In this document: positions 24,853-37,857 of the stretch, piece after piece | Layout: each line of letters begins with the position of its first letter | Numbering within the stretch: the first letter of the stretch is position 1 | DNA from: Octopus sinensis | Taxonomy: Eukaryota | Length of the DNA: 64,000 nt | Reading direction: 5' to 3' | Assembly: GCF_006345805.1 (NCBI RefSeq) | Contig: NC_043008.1 | Coordinates: 7,998,001 to 8,062,000, forward strand | Program-made: the position numbers and the translations under genes | Notes under the pieces: model-generated | Seen by the model: the letters and a program-made list of their open reading frames with translations, nothing else | The model's database searches: none | Told to the model about the DNA's origin: nothing

Positions 24853-27689
24853 ATACACAGACATGCATGGACACACACACACATACACTTCATTTTTATT
24901 TTATTTTTTAAGTATTCTTTTATTCATATTTGCTTGTTTAAATGGATTTAGTGAAAATTTAGGAAGCAAATAAATATATTTTTGATATTTGAGAAAGTTT
25001 AGTGATGTTTAACTAACATAACTGTTATGCCATTCAAATAGCTTAAAATCACAATTTCTTTTTCAACCGTTTTTGACCATATTTTGGTAAGAAAATGTCT
25101 TATTCACTTAAATAGTATAAATAACATGAAAAATATCAACGAACCTTGGTTAAGTAAAAACAATACCTAGTCACGCTGCTATTGGAGAAAACCAAGATGC
25201 TAAAACCACCCTGAATTAGAAACAAAATTTCAGCTTCCATAGATATTGTTTTCACTGTCCTATGATATACCTAATGGACTTAATAACTTATAAGCACCCT
25301 CAACCAATAAAGCCGTATGTTAAATAACATCGATATGATATTGTCTTTATAATATGAAACGATTTTTACAGCCAGAGAATATGCATTTGTGACATAGATC
25401 AATTATCCTCATAATGCACACATTTAAAGATCACCAAAAGTGAAACCAGTGAAGTGTAAATGTGTATAATTCAAAATGCAAATAAATCTTCATATATTCT
25501 TTGTGTATTTCAACTTTATATATATATATATATATATATATAGGTTGCCTGAAGAGTTGTCCATAAGCATGGTTTTAATATTTTAATACAAAAACATGTA
25601 AATTAATAAGAAATAATGCGGTGTCTTGCACTTTTACCTTCTCTTTCAATATTTTGATGTTAGAAATCCTTCTTCAGGAAATATTCGGAGGATTTGAATT
25701 TTCTGCTAATTTCTCTATTCTATAGTTTCTATCAATACACGTCACACATATAAACGTATATATATGCTCTCTGTGTGTTGTTTGTGAGAAAGCGAGTGCG
25801 TGCGCGCGTGTGTCTGTGTATTCCTAAACGCTTATGTATCTGCTGATAAGCTCAGACCCACAAGGTTCCACTAATTAGATCACTTGACATCCTTGCAGTA
25901 TTGTTTCTTTCTTTGAAGTCTAAATGAACTTCATTTTATTAAACTGTTATTGAAATGACGCATGTGGACTTGCTTTGTTGGTCTCTTCTGCTTATTTTAT
26001 GGTGCCTGAGTTAAAAACTGTCTATCTTTATTCATTCATTATTTATTAACTGGCAAATTGAGAAATCGGTATGCATCGAATGAAAAAGAAATTAATAAAG
26101 CCAACTCGTACATTTAGTCGCAAACTAGAACATGAACAAATGATATTCATGTTCAAGTGACAGTAAAAAACTGAAGAGACAATCCTTTATTGTGATGAGA
26201 TTAAGCTAGGATTCAAGCATGAGTTGACCACACAAAAAGCAATTATCATGAATGAATATGCTACTGTATTCTAAGAGTAACAAAGGAAAAAATTAACAGT
26301 AAAATCAACGAGATCAAAAACTAAAATGTAAACAGCATTAAATTATTCCGTTTTTCTTATTGAACTGCTAGAATCAATAAACTAAAAGTTAGGGGGAAAA
26401 AATAAATGAAGTAAAACATAGTCATAACTAACGTTCATACATTAATTATATTTGATCTGCAGCGTATCGAAAATATTGATTACTTTATTTCTGTTTTCAT
26501 TAGACTTAAACACATTTTGTATCGTTTGTATAGACATTCGATTGAGTGGAAGGCACTATATTACCATACGCTGTTATTTTGTGAACTACTGAAGAACGAG
26601 AGTTAATGCTGAAATTTTTTTTCATCTGAAGTCGAAGCTTATGGACTCTGAAGGAGGCTACGAACAATAATTTAAAATGTTTTCTTTCATACTACGAGCA
26701 TATCATACAAAACAAATTACATCCTAAAGTAATATTTTAAAAAAAAATTTCTTTGTAAACGGGAGTAAATGAAAATTAATATTTTTAATTATCCTTAATT
26801 GTTTATCTTGTGTAGTCGATATGAAATTCATATAAATCGTTTTTTAGCACACAAGTCTTATTCAAGTAAAGTTGTGAGAAAAAAATGCTACATATTATAT
26901 ACACGTAAGAAAAATAGGGAAGATAGAACCAATCATTGATTAGAAGTTATATACTGCACTGGATATGATAGCAGGAAGCTGAGGAATTAGATAAATAGCT
27001 TATTATCTCAGTAATATTGTCTCACTTCTAACCAGTAAGTCTCCGCCTAACATGAGTTAAACAAGTCCAGAAAATGCAAACCAATGTGTGTTATTGTAAT
27101 TAGTCATTTAACCTATGAATGTTGCTTTTTGCAATGTTAATCAGTTTATGCTGCATTAGAATGCAAATGTAATTAAAATATTTATAAAATATGTGGGGAG
27201 AAATGTAACATCATAAAGAATAATTCTGTTTTTGCATATTCTCATCCTTTGATGCTTTCATTCCAGTGACTATGTATTCTTTTTATTACATGAATGATTC
27301 ACTGTTATTCTATTCTATGCATATTGTGGCACGCTGTTGTTTACCATAAGTCCACCACACCAATACTGAGTTTGCTCAAAAACATTGAGTATTGCTTCTT
27401 TGTCATCATTCTATCAATGTTTGGTATTCGTCAAAAATGTTTCTGGTTACGTTAACAAATCATGCGATACATGGATCAAAGTACTTCAAACGATTTTGTC
27501 TTTTCTATTTCTAATTCTTTCTTAGTTCGTTACACTTAGTTCCTCTTCATAATCCTAATCATTAAAAAACAACAACAAAAAGCTGTAGAAAATGTTGAAA
27601 ATCCCCCCTTTCCTGATAGATATATTTATCCCCCAGTACAAAACTGAAACGCTCGTGAATTTGGCTGAAAATCACTCAACTGTAAAAAT

Positions 27690-27863
27690 GAGTTGCCAAG
27701 CTGTATCGGCCTTTGCCTTTCCCTTGGATAACACTGGTGGCGTGGAGAGGGGAGGTCGGTATGCATGGGCGACTGCTGGTCTTCCATAGACAACATTGCC
27801 CAGACTTGTGCCTGAGAGGGTAAGTTCCTTGGTGCAATGGTCAGTCATGACCGAAGGGGGTCT
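27690..27863 (+). mobile_element. Probable SINE/retroposon 3' fragment
   Basis: Isolated GC-rich block ending gtcatgaccgaagggggtct. No second copy in the window; recognised only from memory of octopus repeats. Confidence 0.45.
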
Positions 27864-28264
27864 CCACAAAGTGATAACTTCTATGTAGAAAAGCATCGCA
27901 TAACAAATTATTACATTTTAAAAATACTTTCAAATTAACAATTGAATAATACAACACGGCGAGACTTACGAAGCAGCAAATGCTAACTTTTAGAATAAAA
28001 AGAAAAAAAAAAGAGGTGATTGCCTAAGGAAAAATACATTTGCTGAAATGTGTATAGATTTTCCACCGGAAGATGGTTTGTGTGCAGTGGAATTGATGTC
28101 AATTAGAAGAATAAATATGGATGAAATATATATTTATTAAGTAAATAAATGAAAGTGAATATGTTTGCAACGAAAATTACTTGTCTTTGATTTTAATAAG
28201 TTAACCCAAATAGATTTACATTGCCTCATCGTCGGTAGTCAGCAGTTTCCGTTCCTGTACATGC

Positions 28265-28445
<181 letters not shown>

Positions 28446-28830
28446 TTATGTATAACCCTCAGTCCGTATGTCGGTTTACCTGGCTATCTATTTATCTATT
28501 GATCGATCGATCTATTTATATATGCGCACATGTGTGTCTGCAATTGTATTTGCACATGCACACATACATACACAAGTACGTATATATATATATATATATA
28601 TGGAGAGAGACATATAGATAGATAGATAGATAGATAGATATAGATATAGATATATACAGGTGTGTCTATGTAATTTATATGTGTGTGCGTGCGTACGTGT
28701 ATGTGGATATGGGTGCGACTAACACACGCGTGTGTGTGTTCTTTATATAGGATATTTGTAGTAACTAAACATATTTATTGATTTGTGAACTGGGTGGAAT
28801 AATGTATGATTGTTGATAATTTTGCGTAAA

Positions 28831-29045
28831 GGCGGTGTGCTGGTAGAAACGTTAGCATGCTGGGCGGAATGCTTAGCGGTATTTCATCTGCCGTTACGTT
28901 GTGAGTTCAAATTCCGCCGAGGCCGACTTTGCCTTTCATCCTTTCGGGGTCGATAAATTACGCACCAGTTGCACACTGGGGTCGATCTAATCGAATTTCA
29001 CCATCCCCCCAAAATCTCGGGCCTTGTGCCTAGAGACAAAATAAT
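28831..29045 (+). mobile_element. S1 SINE, near full length
   Basis: ggcggtgtgctggtagaaacgttagc head, gagttcaaattcc B box, and gcctttcatcctttcggggtcgataaa Deu/Nin-like domain. Confidence 0.88.
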
Positions 29046-30824
29046 TTTGAGTAACAGTTTGCGAGGTTCAAAAAGTAAAATAGTAGATTGCATATGAAAT
29101 CAATCAGAAGTAAATTACAAGTCGAGAGGCAGGTTGTAACGGACACATTTAGCCCTCGTTCTAGAGATGACAATATATGACATACCCACGGTAATACAAA
29201 TATTCTAATGTTTTCTATAATAAGGACTTCATGTAATGAATCTCATAAAGATCAGAAGTAAACCGGTAAACATTCTACTTCAGTTCAACTCCTGCATAAA
29301 CTTAAAGTGTCTGCAGAAGTTGAACTCCTATTACTTTCGTCCGATTAGCAATTCATACAACGTATGTAAAAGAGTTTATACAAGCGTGATGTGTCACCTT
29401 ATATGAAGGACTTGAGAGACACAGCTAAAAATCTATGAAAAGTATACAATATGCTACAACATTTGTAAGTATAGAAGACAGACGAAATACTTCATAAATC
29501 TTAATAACTATAAATGAGGATACATGCAGTTTCGACAGCTAAACTAAAACCACTAAACTATGATTAGTGCATGACCAGGAGACCAATAAAATCTAGAAAT
29601 TAGTGTTCTTTTTATCCTACTGAACACTATTACAGTAGTTTTAGATTAGCGATAAATTGTGGTTTTAATTATTAAATAACAGAGAGCGATTAGTTCAACA
29701 TTAAAGTAAGGACTGTTTACTAATGCATATGCAACAATGTAAAACTGTTATTAATTTTAAAAATTAAGTTACAAAATCATATAATTAAGTGCGACACATC
29801 ATATAGTATGTGACACAAACATTTACAAACAATTAAATGTTCGCTCTGATGTTCTTTGAAACAGTTGTAAATTTGAGGTTGCAATATCCATATTTACAGA
29901 ACTATCAAGAGGGATAATGAAAAATTTTATATAACCAACAAAATGGCAACAGCAATAGCCACAAAGCATAACTATAGACTACTCTCTTTCCAGTTCTCAA
30001 TGGAGTGGCCATTATAAAACACACCAAAATAATGGGTTAATTAGGTTAAATTTTATTTGTGAAATACACTTGTTCTGAATTCGCAGCAAAAAGTGGTCAG
30101 CGTTTGTGGTGGGGATTTGAAGGAGGCGCTAGGAATGTGGCCTGGAGGACAAGGATGCGACTGATCAATACGTTTTGGGAAACATAGCTCTAGACTAAGT
30201 AGTTGTGGTTTGAGTGTATCTACGAGTTCGGGTATACACAGGCATCTATTGCAATTAGAATAATTGTGATGAAAATGTAATAGATCTCACCCTCAACAGA
30301 GTGACAGTGACGCTTTATTTACATGTTTGAGTGTGAGAGGATGTGCGTGTGTGAATGCGTAAGTGCACATCACAGATGAATAAGAATGTCACTTCTGAAT
30401 CATGCATTCCTAGTTTCGATTGTATTTCGATACACATTTGCCAGGCTTCATTTTCTTTTACCTCAAGCTGACTAAATGACGTGTAAGTGAAATTGAGTAG
30501 ACAGATATTGTGTAGAAGACTGCGAACCGCATTGTATCTGCAATTCAAAGAACCAAACTTGTCCCACTATGTCGGAGTGATTCGACCGGGGAATTGTTTT
30601 AGTTCTGTCTTTTAGATTACGCTACAACCTATACGCTAAATTGAATTAGTTAAGTAGTCTTCTAGTTTTGATAATCGGCTAACTGAACTCATCGCTTGCT
30701 ATGTCGACTTAACTACCAGATCATTGTCGAAATATCTAAGTGGCTGAATATTAAATAAAGAATGTGTAGTGCTAACGACTTAAGGAGTACAAGCGAGATA
30801 TAAGAAAACTAACTGGCAGACCAT

Positions 30825-31135
30825 TGTTACGATGTGTTCCAGTTGATCGGATCAACAGAGCAGCCTCCTTCTGAAATTAACGTACAAGTGGTTGTGCACT
30901 TGGTAGACATGCGTACCATTAACACTGCTCGAAGGGAGATTCAGCGTGGCAGAGAATGTGACAAGAGTGGCCCTCTGAAATACAGGTATTAGGCATTTTT
31001 TAACCCGGCTGAGTGGACTGGAGCAATGTGAAGTAAAGTGTCCTCTCAAGAATACAAGGCGCCGCCAGGAATATCGGGTTCACGGCCTTACGATCATTAG
31101 CCGAATATCCTAATCGCTGAGCCACGTGACCTCAC
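30825..31135 (-). mobile_element. tRNA-derived SINE family S3 (older variant)
   Basis: Shares ttccagttgatc.gatcaac...ttcagcgtg...gtgacaag...tgaaatacag with the 41970 and 51415 copies. Confidence 0.75.
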
Positions 31136-31309
31136 CAAGCAAGGCATATTCTGTAACAAACATTCCCATTTTAATTCGAGTCAACTCAAAAATATTCCGC
31201 TTGATTTCTGTCACCTTCCTTTCACACTAATGGCTGGCATTCCTTGTATGGAGAGCAACGCAAAAGTACTCAGGACGACAAAAATACCTGAATGTAAAGG
31301 ACAAAACCG

Positions 31310-32325
31310 AGACATTCATTCTCCAGGCACGGATTTCATCTTTCGTCCCGTATTTTCTAAGGTTTTTCGGTATTGATAATTTCCGATTTTAATGAATATT
31401 TAATATTTTCATCCTTGAGTGACCATATAAGCGTGCTAAGACGTGTTGAAAATTTTCTCGTATTATTTCTAAATGTTCTTTCATGATTTGTTATACTTTG
31501 TTCCATAAAGAATGAGTAGTTCCAATATAGTCGTATCTATTTTCATCTGTTGAGACTACACATCTATTGACGGTATTTCGTACCTTACAGTTTATTTAAA
31601 ATCTGCATTGCTTTCTCCTAGCGCAATCGCATTTTCTGTGTATTAAGCTATAAACGTCTTTATTATTGTATCATATAATATTTGTATATGTTTTATATTT
31701 TCACTGATTATCTTTGTAATTTAGGTTTTCATGATAGTCGCTACTCTTTCTAGTCACCATGTATGCCTGTCTTTTAGTTATAGGATCTATAGAATTATTT
31801 AATTGAGTTGATTCCCTTTGATTATTGTATATTTTCCTGGCGGTGGTTTCAATAGAATTTGGATTAAACAGCTTACTATCTTTTTTAATGTAAAGTATAG
31901 AAGCCATCTTAACATGGCTAACCACATAGGGGAGGGGGTGTTACTGTAGCACCCCTCCCCTATGTGGTTAGCCATGTTAAGATGGCTTCTATACTTTACA
32001 TTATCGAGCGATTGCTGTTTCAATCTCATTCTGAGATTTAATAATGCTATCTTTTTTTAAAATTACTATTAATATTAATATCTTTAATTTTGTTTTCATT
32101 AATATTTCTCTTATTAATGTTATTGTTCCGTGACTTCGCTTTTTGTTTGGTGCTGTGCACGTCTATTATTTAAGCTAAATTTCTAGAGTTGGAGAACGCG
32201 ATTTTGATTCTTCGTTTATTAAATGAACTATGGAATTTATTCATTACTGGAAAAAATACATCTAGTGCTTCATAGAACATTCTAGGTATTTTGATTTTAA
32301 TACTAGACAAGAAAGAAGTTTTAAT
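31310..32325 (-). pseudogene. Neptune-like Penelope element: linker + Cys motif + GIY-YIG endonuclease, decayed
   Basis: IKIKIPRMFYEALDVFFPVMNKFHSSFNKRRIKIAFSNSRNLA*II ... RKCDCARRKQCRF*INCKVRNTVNRCVV...YDYIGTT ... ITNHERTF...STRLSTLIWSLKDENIKYSLKSEII...PCLE. Confidence 0.85.
31886..32003. repeat. Near-perfect hairpin (~55-bp arms) made from the Helitron H1 internal unit
   Basis: taatgtaaagtatagaagccatcttaacatggctaaccacataggggaggg and its exact reverse complement. Homologous to 467-526. Confidence 0.92.
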
Positions 32326-32589
32326 TGCTTTTGCAAACAATGTATTCATTTTAATAGATTTGAATAATAGAATGCCTTAATTTATATAATATTAATGAAC
32401 TTTTTTCTCTATTAACATCTATAATAAATGTAATAATAAAGAAACATACAAAGAATGTAAGAACAAAATTCAGTTTATATGATTATACATAGTATAACCT
32501 AAAAACTGTTTAAAACATTAGTAGTAAGAAGTTAGAAGGACTTTAGAATATAAAGGACAACTTATTTAATAACCACGTGGTTCTTACTG

Positions 32590-32725
32590 GCTAGTAATTA
32601 TCCACTACTATTATTAATAACCTTCTCAAAAGTTCAAATAATATAATCAATTCTGAAATCTATCAAAAAGCCATGTGACTATATAAAAGTATTCTATAAA
32701 TATCCACATCACGATCGTTCGAGAA
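32590..32725 (+). pseudogene. Penelope/Poseidon-type GIY-YIG start, decayed
   Basis: TTIINNLLKSSNNIINSEIYQK, frameshift, PC...TSRS resembles NT..L.K....G.Y.IPC..C...YIGQT.R. An HHR lies ~180 bp downstream on the same strand. Confidence 0.5.
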
Positions 32726-32895
32726 AAATTGCCAATACCAACATACACTGCTACTGTTGCTGCTGAATTTACTCCATAACGAATCAATGGAGGAAAACAG
32801 TACATCGATTAATGTTATGATTACCTTCTACTACTAATCCTAATTCAAACTAATAAAGGAGAAAAAATTCCTCTTTCAACAAAGTCGTATTTATA

Positions 32896-32986
32896 TACCC
32901 TGAAGAGATCGTGGTAATAATGTATAAATCGCTTCATATAAATATGCAACAATATAGAATTAGTGCGATCGAAACATATGTTGGAC
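32896..32986 (+). ncRNA. Type I hammerhead motif with long stem II insert (family C)
   Basis: cc-CTGAAGA-gatcgt...gcgatc-GAAA-catatg-TT-gg. Stem II is 6 bp, stem III is the ACATATGT palindrome, and stem I is eroded to 2 bp. Confidence 0.68.
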
Positions 32987-33753
32987 AATTATTATGAATA
33001 AACGAACTGGAAATAACCATAAAGTTTGAATGTTCAAATTCTTCATTCTCATTATTATCACTATTCTACTTTATACTCTAAGTAGCCAAGAAATAAATTA
33101 TAAAATCGGATGGGAGTTAAAGGAAGTTTACTACAAAATGAACAATCTGAAGGAACAAGGCTTGGTATTTCCCGCATAGAAATTCGGTATCTGCCTAGAT
33201 TTTGTATCCCTGCTTTTGCTAGGTATATAAATGTAAGATCCAGGGATCAAGGTGTAGGAAGACCGTTAGCTTCAAGCAATCAGTAGTAAATAAATAAATA
33301 GAAAAACAATTTCAGGGACAATAGTTGTTTATTGAGACGGAGGGTTGTGGATATTTTCTTTCGTATCGAAGAACGATAAGTTGAAAAGAACTTCTTTTTA
33401 TAGTCCTCGGGTGTAGAAATAAGAATACAAGAGATACTAAATGGAGTAGGTAAGACCCAGGCTACATATGTTTCATAGCGTGTGGAACTTCAGACGTGGT
33501 AAAAATCTGAGCGAGGTGTATACCGCCGGCTACTCTCCAGAGCAAGGTATAATAAATATGTACCATAATGGTATGATTATAAACAGGACACATTTTTAGC
33601 CATTTCTCCGTAGACTAGGTTCTCATCAGAGGGGTCTGAAGCATTCTGACAATCCCCAGAGAAAGAATTACCCAAATTGTTTATATAGTCAACAAATGCA
33701 GCAGTTACTCTATGAAGGAGTCTCTAATTTGTATCCCTAATTTGAAGCCTGTC

Positions 33754-33818
<65 letters not shown>

Positions 33819-33820
33819 CA

Positions 33821-33975
33821 ACAGGCTTCCTTCAGTTTCCGTCTACCAAAACCACTGAAAATGCTTTGGTCGGTAGAAGAATTTATAACAGAAGAGATTT
33901 GCTGAAGGTGTCACGCAGTTTACACTGAACTCCGGACCATGTGGTTTGTAAGCAATTTTCTTACCACAACATCAC
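33821..33975 (-). mobile_element. 5' half of CORE-type SINE (S2)
   Basis: cagtttccgtctaccaaa...ccatgtggtttgtaagcaa...cttaccaca matches 55513-55650. Confidence 0.75.
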
Positions 33976-34408
33976 GTCCAAATATGGAAAAATATACATT
34001 GAAATACCAGCGCCTCTTAATACCCACGCATTTGAAATGTACTCTGCTAAGCTGTTTAATCATCATATGTGGGCAGCGTAGAACAATTCAACATTTACAA
34101 GCATCAGAATAATAATATTTACTATTATAATTATTTTCATGTGAAGAGATTCAGCTTTTATTTATTTATAAATTCCTTTACAATGGCGATTGAGCTGTTA
34201 GAAATTCAGTATTATTTTCCATTCTGAGAAGTAGATGATGGTGTGGGTTTGTTAATTGCATTTTCACATTATTTTGAATTGCAACACATTTTAAATAATT
34301 TGAAATTTTTGAAAATCTTATACGTTCATGAGATTAGATTTTTACTCATTTAATGCAATAACGTCTTATCTGGTACAGGTATTTGAAGATAATATGTTAT
34401 GCAATGTT

Positions 34409-34650
<242 letters not shown>

Positions 34651-34693
34651 GTAGTAGATAGACAAATATAGATATATAGATACAAACATATAT

Positions 34694-34749
<56 letters not shown>

Positions 34750-35028
34750 CGAAAGAGAGAGAGGTAGAAGGAGAGTAAGAGAGTGTGAGAGACAGAGAGA
34801 GAGGCAATTATGCGGATAAGCTAATTTGAAATATTAAATATTTTAGATTTGTTAAATATAGAAGTTTGTGTATGAAATACAAAATATCTTCATGAGACCA
34901 CAGAAGATAGTAGCTGTACTCCTTCCCAATTTAATACTGCTACCGATTGTACTTCCAGATCTTCTGTACTAATAACGAACCAAAGGAATTTAACATCCCT
35001 AGGGGTAAACTCCAACCGCAGAGTAAGT

Positions 35029-35458
35029 AGGAAAACTTGCAGTTGTTGGGTATCTGCTCTCTTCCTCCTTCTAGGGTTCTGTCTGCGTAAAAATGTAGTC
35101 TACAAGTGTCGTGTTAAAAGACAACTCCCCCATCAAGCAAGGATCTATATCAGGGGCACTGTTGATTTCAAGCGCCTACCATGCACACACGAACACTTTC
35201 TCCAATCCAAATACTAAATTATCTACATCCTTAGCAACTTATATACAGAACCTTAAATTTCAAAATGTTCCCGATACCCTATCCTGGTCTATCCTAATTG
35301 AGGCTCCCTCATACATTGCACACAGTATCTACAAATTATGTTTATGGGAATCGCTAACCATGCTTCGTCACAACAACATCTCATTAATTAATAGATTCGC
35401 AAATGTAGTAGTGTCTTGTAAATACAAGTTCTACGCATCATTAGCCAACTTTATTTAA
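35029..35458 (+). pseudogene. Neptune-like PLE GIY-YIG endonuclease C-terminus (one frameshift)
   Basis: RKTCSCW...LGFCLRKNVVYKCRV...RIYIRGTVDFKR, frameshift, YHAHTNTF...STSLATYIQNLK...LSWSIL...APSY...KLCLWE...LINR...SCKY. Confidence 0.85.
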
Positions 35459-36308
35459 TCTATGTAAACTCATAAATATAATTATCCTTAATTAAAATTA
35501 AATTTGGTTTACGCCTAATACTACTCTTCTTATTGAATTATTCCTCCTTCTCTATTCACCTTCTATTCAAGTTCCTACGAATCTGCATACCTCAGCATTC
35601 TCGCCCTAATATCAACCAACATTCATTATTCTACCAACCACTGCTAACTTGACCACCGACTCACCCACGCCCAGTCCACTTCTCTCTATTTTCTTTCATA
35701 TCTTTCTGCAATCTAGGTTTTTTTGGGTTTTTTTTACAATCTACTTTTTAGTTCATCTACGTTGTTGGTGATACTATTAGAAGAATGTTCAGCTGTTTAT
35801 GCAACAGCATCATCTACGCTTGATTCGTAATTATCATTGTCTTTACCATGTTTTGGGTGTCCAACTTTGCATCGATTATTTGATCATCAGATCCAAACAG
35901 AAATATTCATGCTGCTGATAAATCAACGTGATTAGTCACACTTGATGCTGAAAGATCTGTTTAATTAGATATTCATGAGAATTACTTTCTTCGCTCACCT
36001 TCCATTTCCTATGCTTAAAAGTCGGAATGAATATTTCCAGTTCATGTCACTGGTGTAACAAATAGTGACAAGGGATGTAAATGTTAGCACAGAGGAATGA
36101 ATTGTGTTCCCTTTTAACTTTCGCATAGATATGCGACTGGGATGGGAAATACATGAAATGGAAAAAAAAATACAGTTCACAGAGTATGTTGCATGTTTAA
36201 TTATAAACGAGAAACGCACTCTTAGACGACAAACTCAATTGTGGTATGTAAACAGGCTACAAATAATAATTGACTACAGCGTGAAATGTTCTATTATTCT
36301 ACAAAGAA

Positions 36309-36606
36309 CTAGCAGTATCGCCCGGCGTTGCTCGGGTTTGTAAGGGAAATAACTATATAAGCATTTTTAGAGAGTTATAGCCAAAATATAGCAAAAAATG
36401 CATTAAAGTGGGTAAAATATGGTGGTCATTTTTTTTTTAAATCGTAGACTCATCGTAGACGCGCGCTAATACCCAGAAGGGCTCGGTATGAATCTCGACT
36501 ATAAGATACCCGGTTTTGGTTAAACTGCACCGCAAAATGTGGGAGTAGTTAGGAACCTAAATCGTAGGAGACAGACACCACACAACCTCTTTTTTATATA
36601 TAAAGA
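36309..36606 (-). mobile_element. Complete non-autonomous Helitron (H1, copy 2)
   Basis: Minus strand reads A|TCTTTATATATAAAA...cccgagcaacgccggg-cgatactg-CTAG|T: 5' TC, subterminal hairpin, 3' CTAG, AT target, no TSD. Confidence 0.9.
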
Positions 36607-36861
36607 TTATTGAAGACTATTTCAGTTTAAATGTTTCTTTGAATACAACTTCGCATAAAAAGGAATATATATATATGAGTAGCAAGTATTAAATGAATTT
36701 CTTTTTTTTTTATATATTGTGGGATGAAGGGGACTTTTATCTGTAAATAATATATATATATATATATATAATGAAGGGTGAAATTAATTAATTTGGAATA
36801 ATTATCAATTACACCAAGTAGTCTTCGGCATGTAAAAGCCTCATTCGAGGAAAATTTAAGT

Positions 36862-37390
36862 AATACTAAGCAATAAAGGGTTTAGCAACGAATTGCCTTA
36901 CCACATACCGAATTTAGAAATAGCAGTCAAAGGGTTTTAGCTATTTCTTCTACTAAAAAGGAGATCTCAGTAAAAACAGCAATTTGAAGGCAGACACAAA
37001 CAGGTAAGAGAGAATGAATTGACGGCAATCTATCATACATTTTTAAGTTATCTACGGACGTACGTTTCGAAATCAAGTTTTTAGGAAAGCATAAGAATAA
37101 ATATTAAATATTAAATAATTCTATCTTACCGAAACTTCTTTTCTCTTCAGCGTAGAATACTATAATCATAAATGATTATATATTGAATTTTGAGATACTA
37201 GAAGGCACCAACTCAACTCAGTATCAGAGCGAGCTAGAATCCGCAAATAGTATCACCGAATTCAATTTGTGAATGAAACGATTGTGTCACCAGCCCCTTC
37301 CCACCCGCGTGTAGCCAAAACAAGACTGCTATTTCTAAATTCGGTATGTGGTAAGGCAATTCGTTGCTAAACCCTTTATTGCTTAGTATT
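36862..37390. mobile_element. HHR-bearing element bracketed by ~67-bp inverted repeats (family D)
   Basis: 36862-36928 (aatactaagc...atagcagtc) is the exact reverse complement of 37324-37390. The HHR lies between them, and (TA)n lies outside. Confidence 0.85.
37051..37156 (-). ncRNA. Type I hammerhead ribozyme with intact core
   Basis: tctacg-CTGAAGA-gaaaagaagttt...aaacttgatttc-GAAA-cgtacg-TC-cgtaga. Stem I 6/6 bp, stem II 10/12 bp, stem III ACGTACGT, GUC cleavage triplet (cut between 37057 and 37056). Confidence 0.88.
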
Positions 37391-37398
37391 GCCTATAT

Positions 37399-37445
<47 letters not shown>

Positions 37446-37449
<4 letters not shown>

Positions 37450-37800
37450 TCGAACTCAACTGGACGGCCAGAACGAGGTGCGTCTATGAGGTCAAAGTTT
37501 CCATTTTTGAACTTGGTATACCAATCACGAGCGGTTATTTCAACTATGACACCCTCTCCATACACAGAACAAATGTCGCGAGCAGCTTTTGCGACCTTAG
37601 AACCTAGATTAAAATCAAAAACAAGGAGGTGTCGAAAATGGTCGTGTTTCTTAACTTGACATCCCAATTTAATTATCTGAAAATAAACAAAAATTAACTA
37701 AAATTAACTAGGAAAAAAAAGCAAAATAGATTCCATAATTTAAAAACGCAATAAATTCCAAAATTTAAAAAACACGGCAGGAACCTAGTTGCCAACCCAA
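37446..37800 (-). mobile_element. Mariner (mellifera-like) 5' fragment: TIR + N-terminal HTH
   Basis: TA|TTGGGTTGGCAACTA TIR. ORF reads HFRHLLVFDFNLGSKVAKAARDICSVYGEG...ARDWYTKFKNGNFDLIDAPRSGRPVEFDE and is truncated by (TA)n. Confidence 0.92.
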
Positions 37801-37815
37801 TATATATGTATACAT

Positions 37816-37857
<42 letters not shown>

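Noticed and set aside
33595-33635. ctgatgag...gaaa on the minus strand as a hammerhead
   Set aside because: No stem II, no stem III and no matching stem I.
35905-35965. ctgataa-atcaacgtga/tcacacttgat-gctgaaagatct as the HHR of the upstream Neptune fragment
   Set aside because: The hairpin and position are suggestive, but the core is mutated, spacing is off and stem I is absent, so it cannot be supported.
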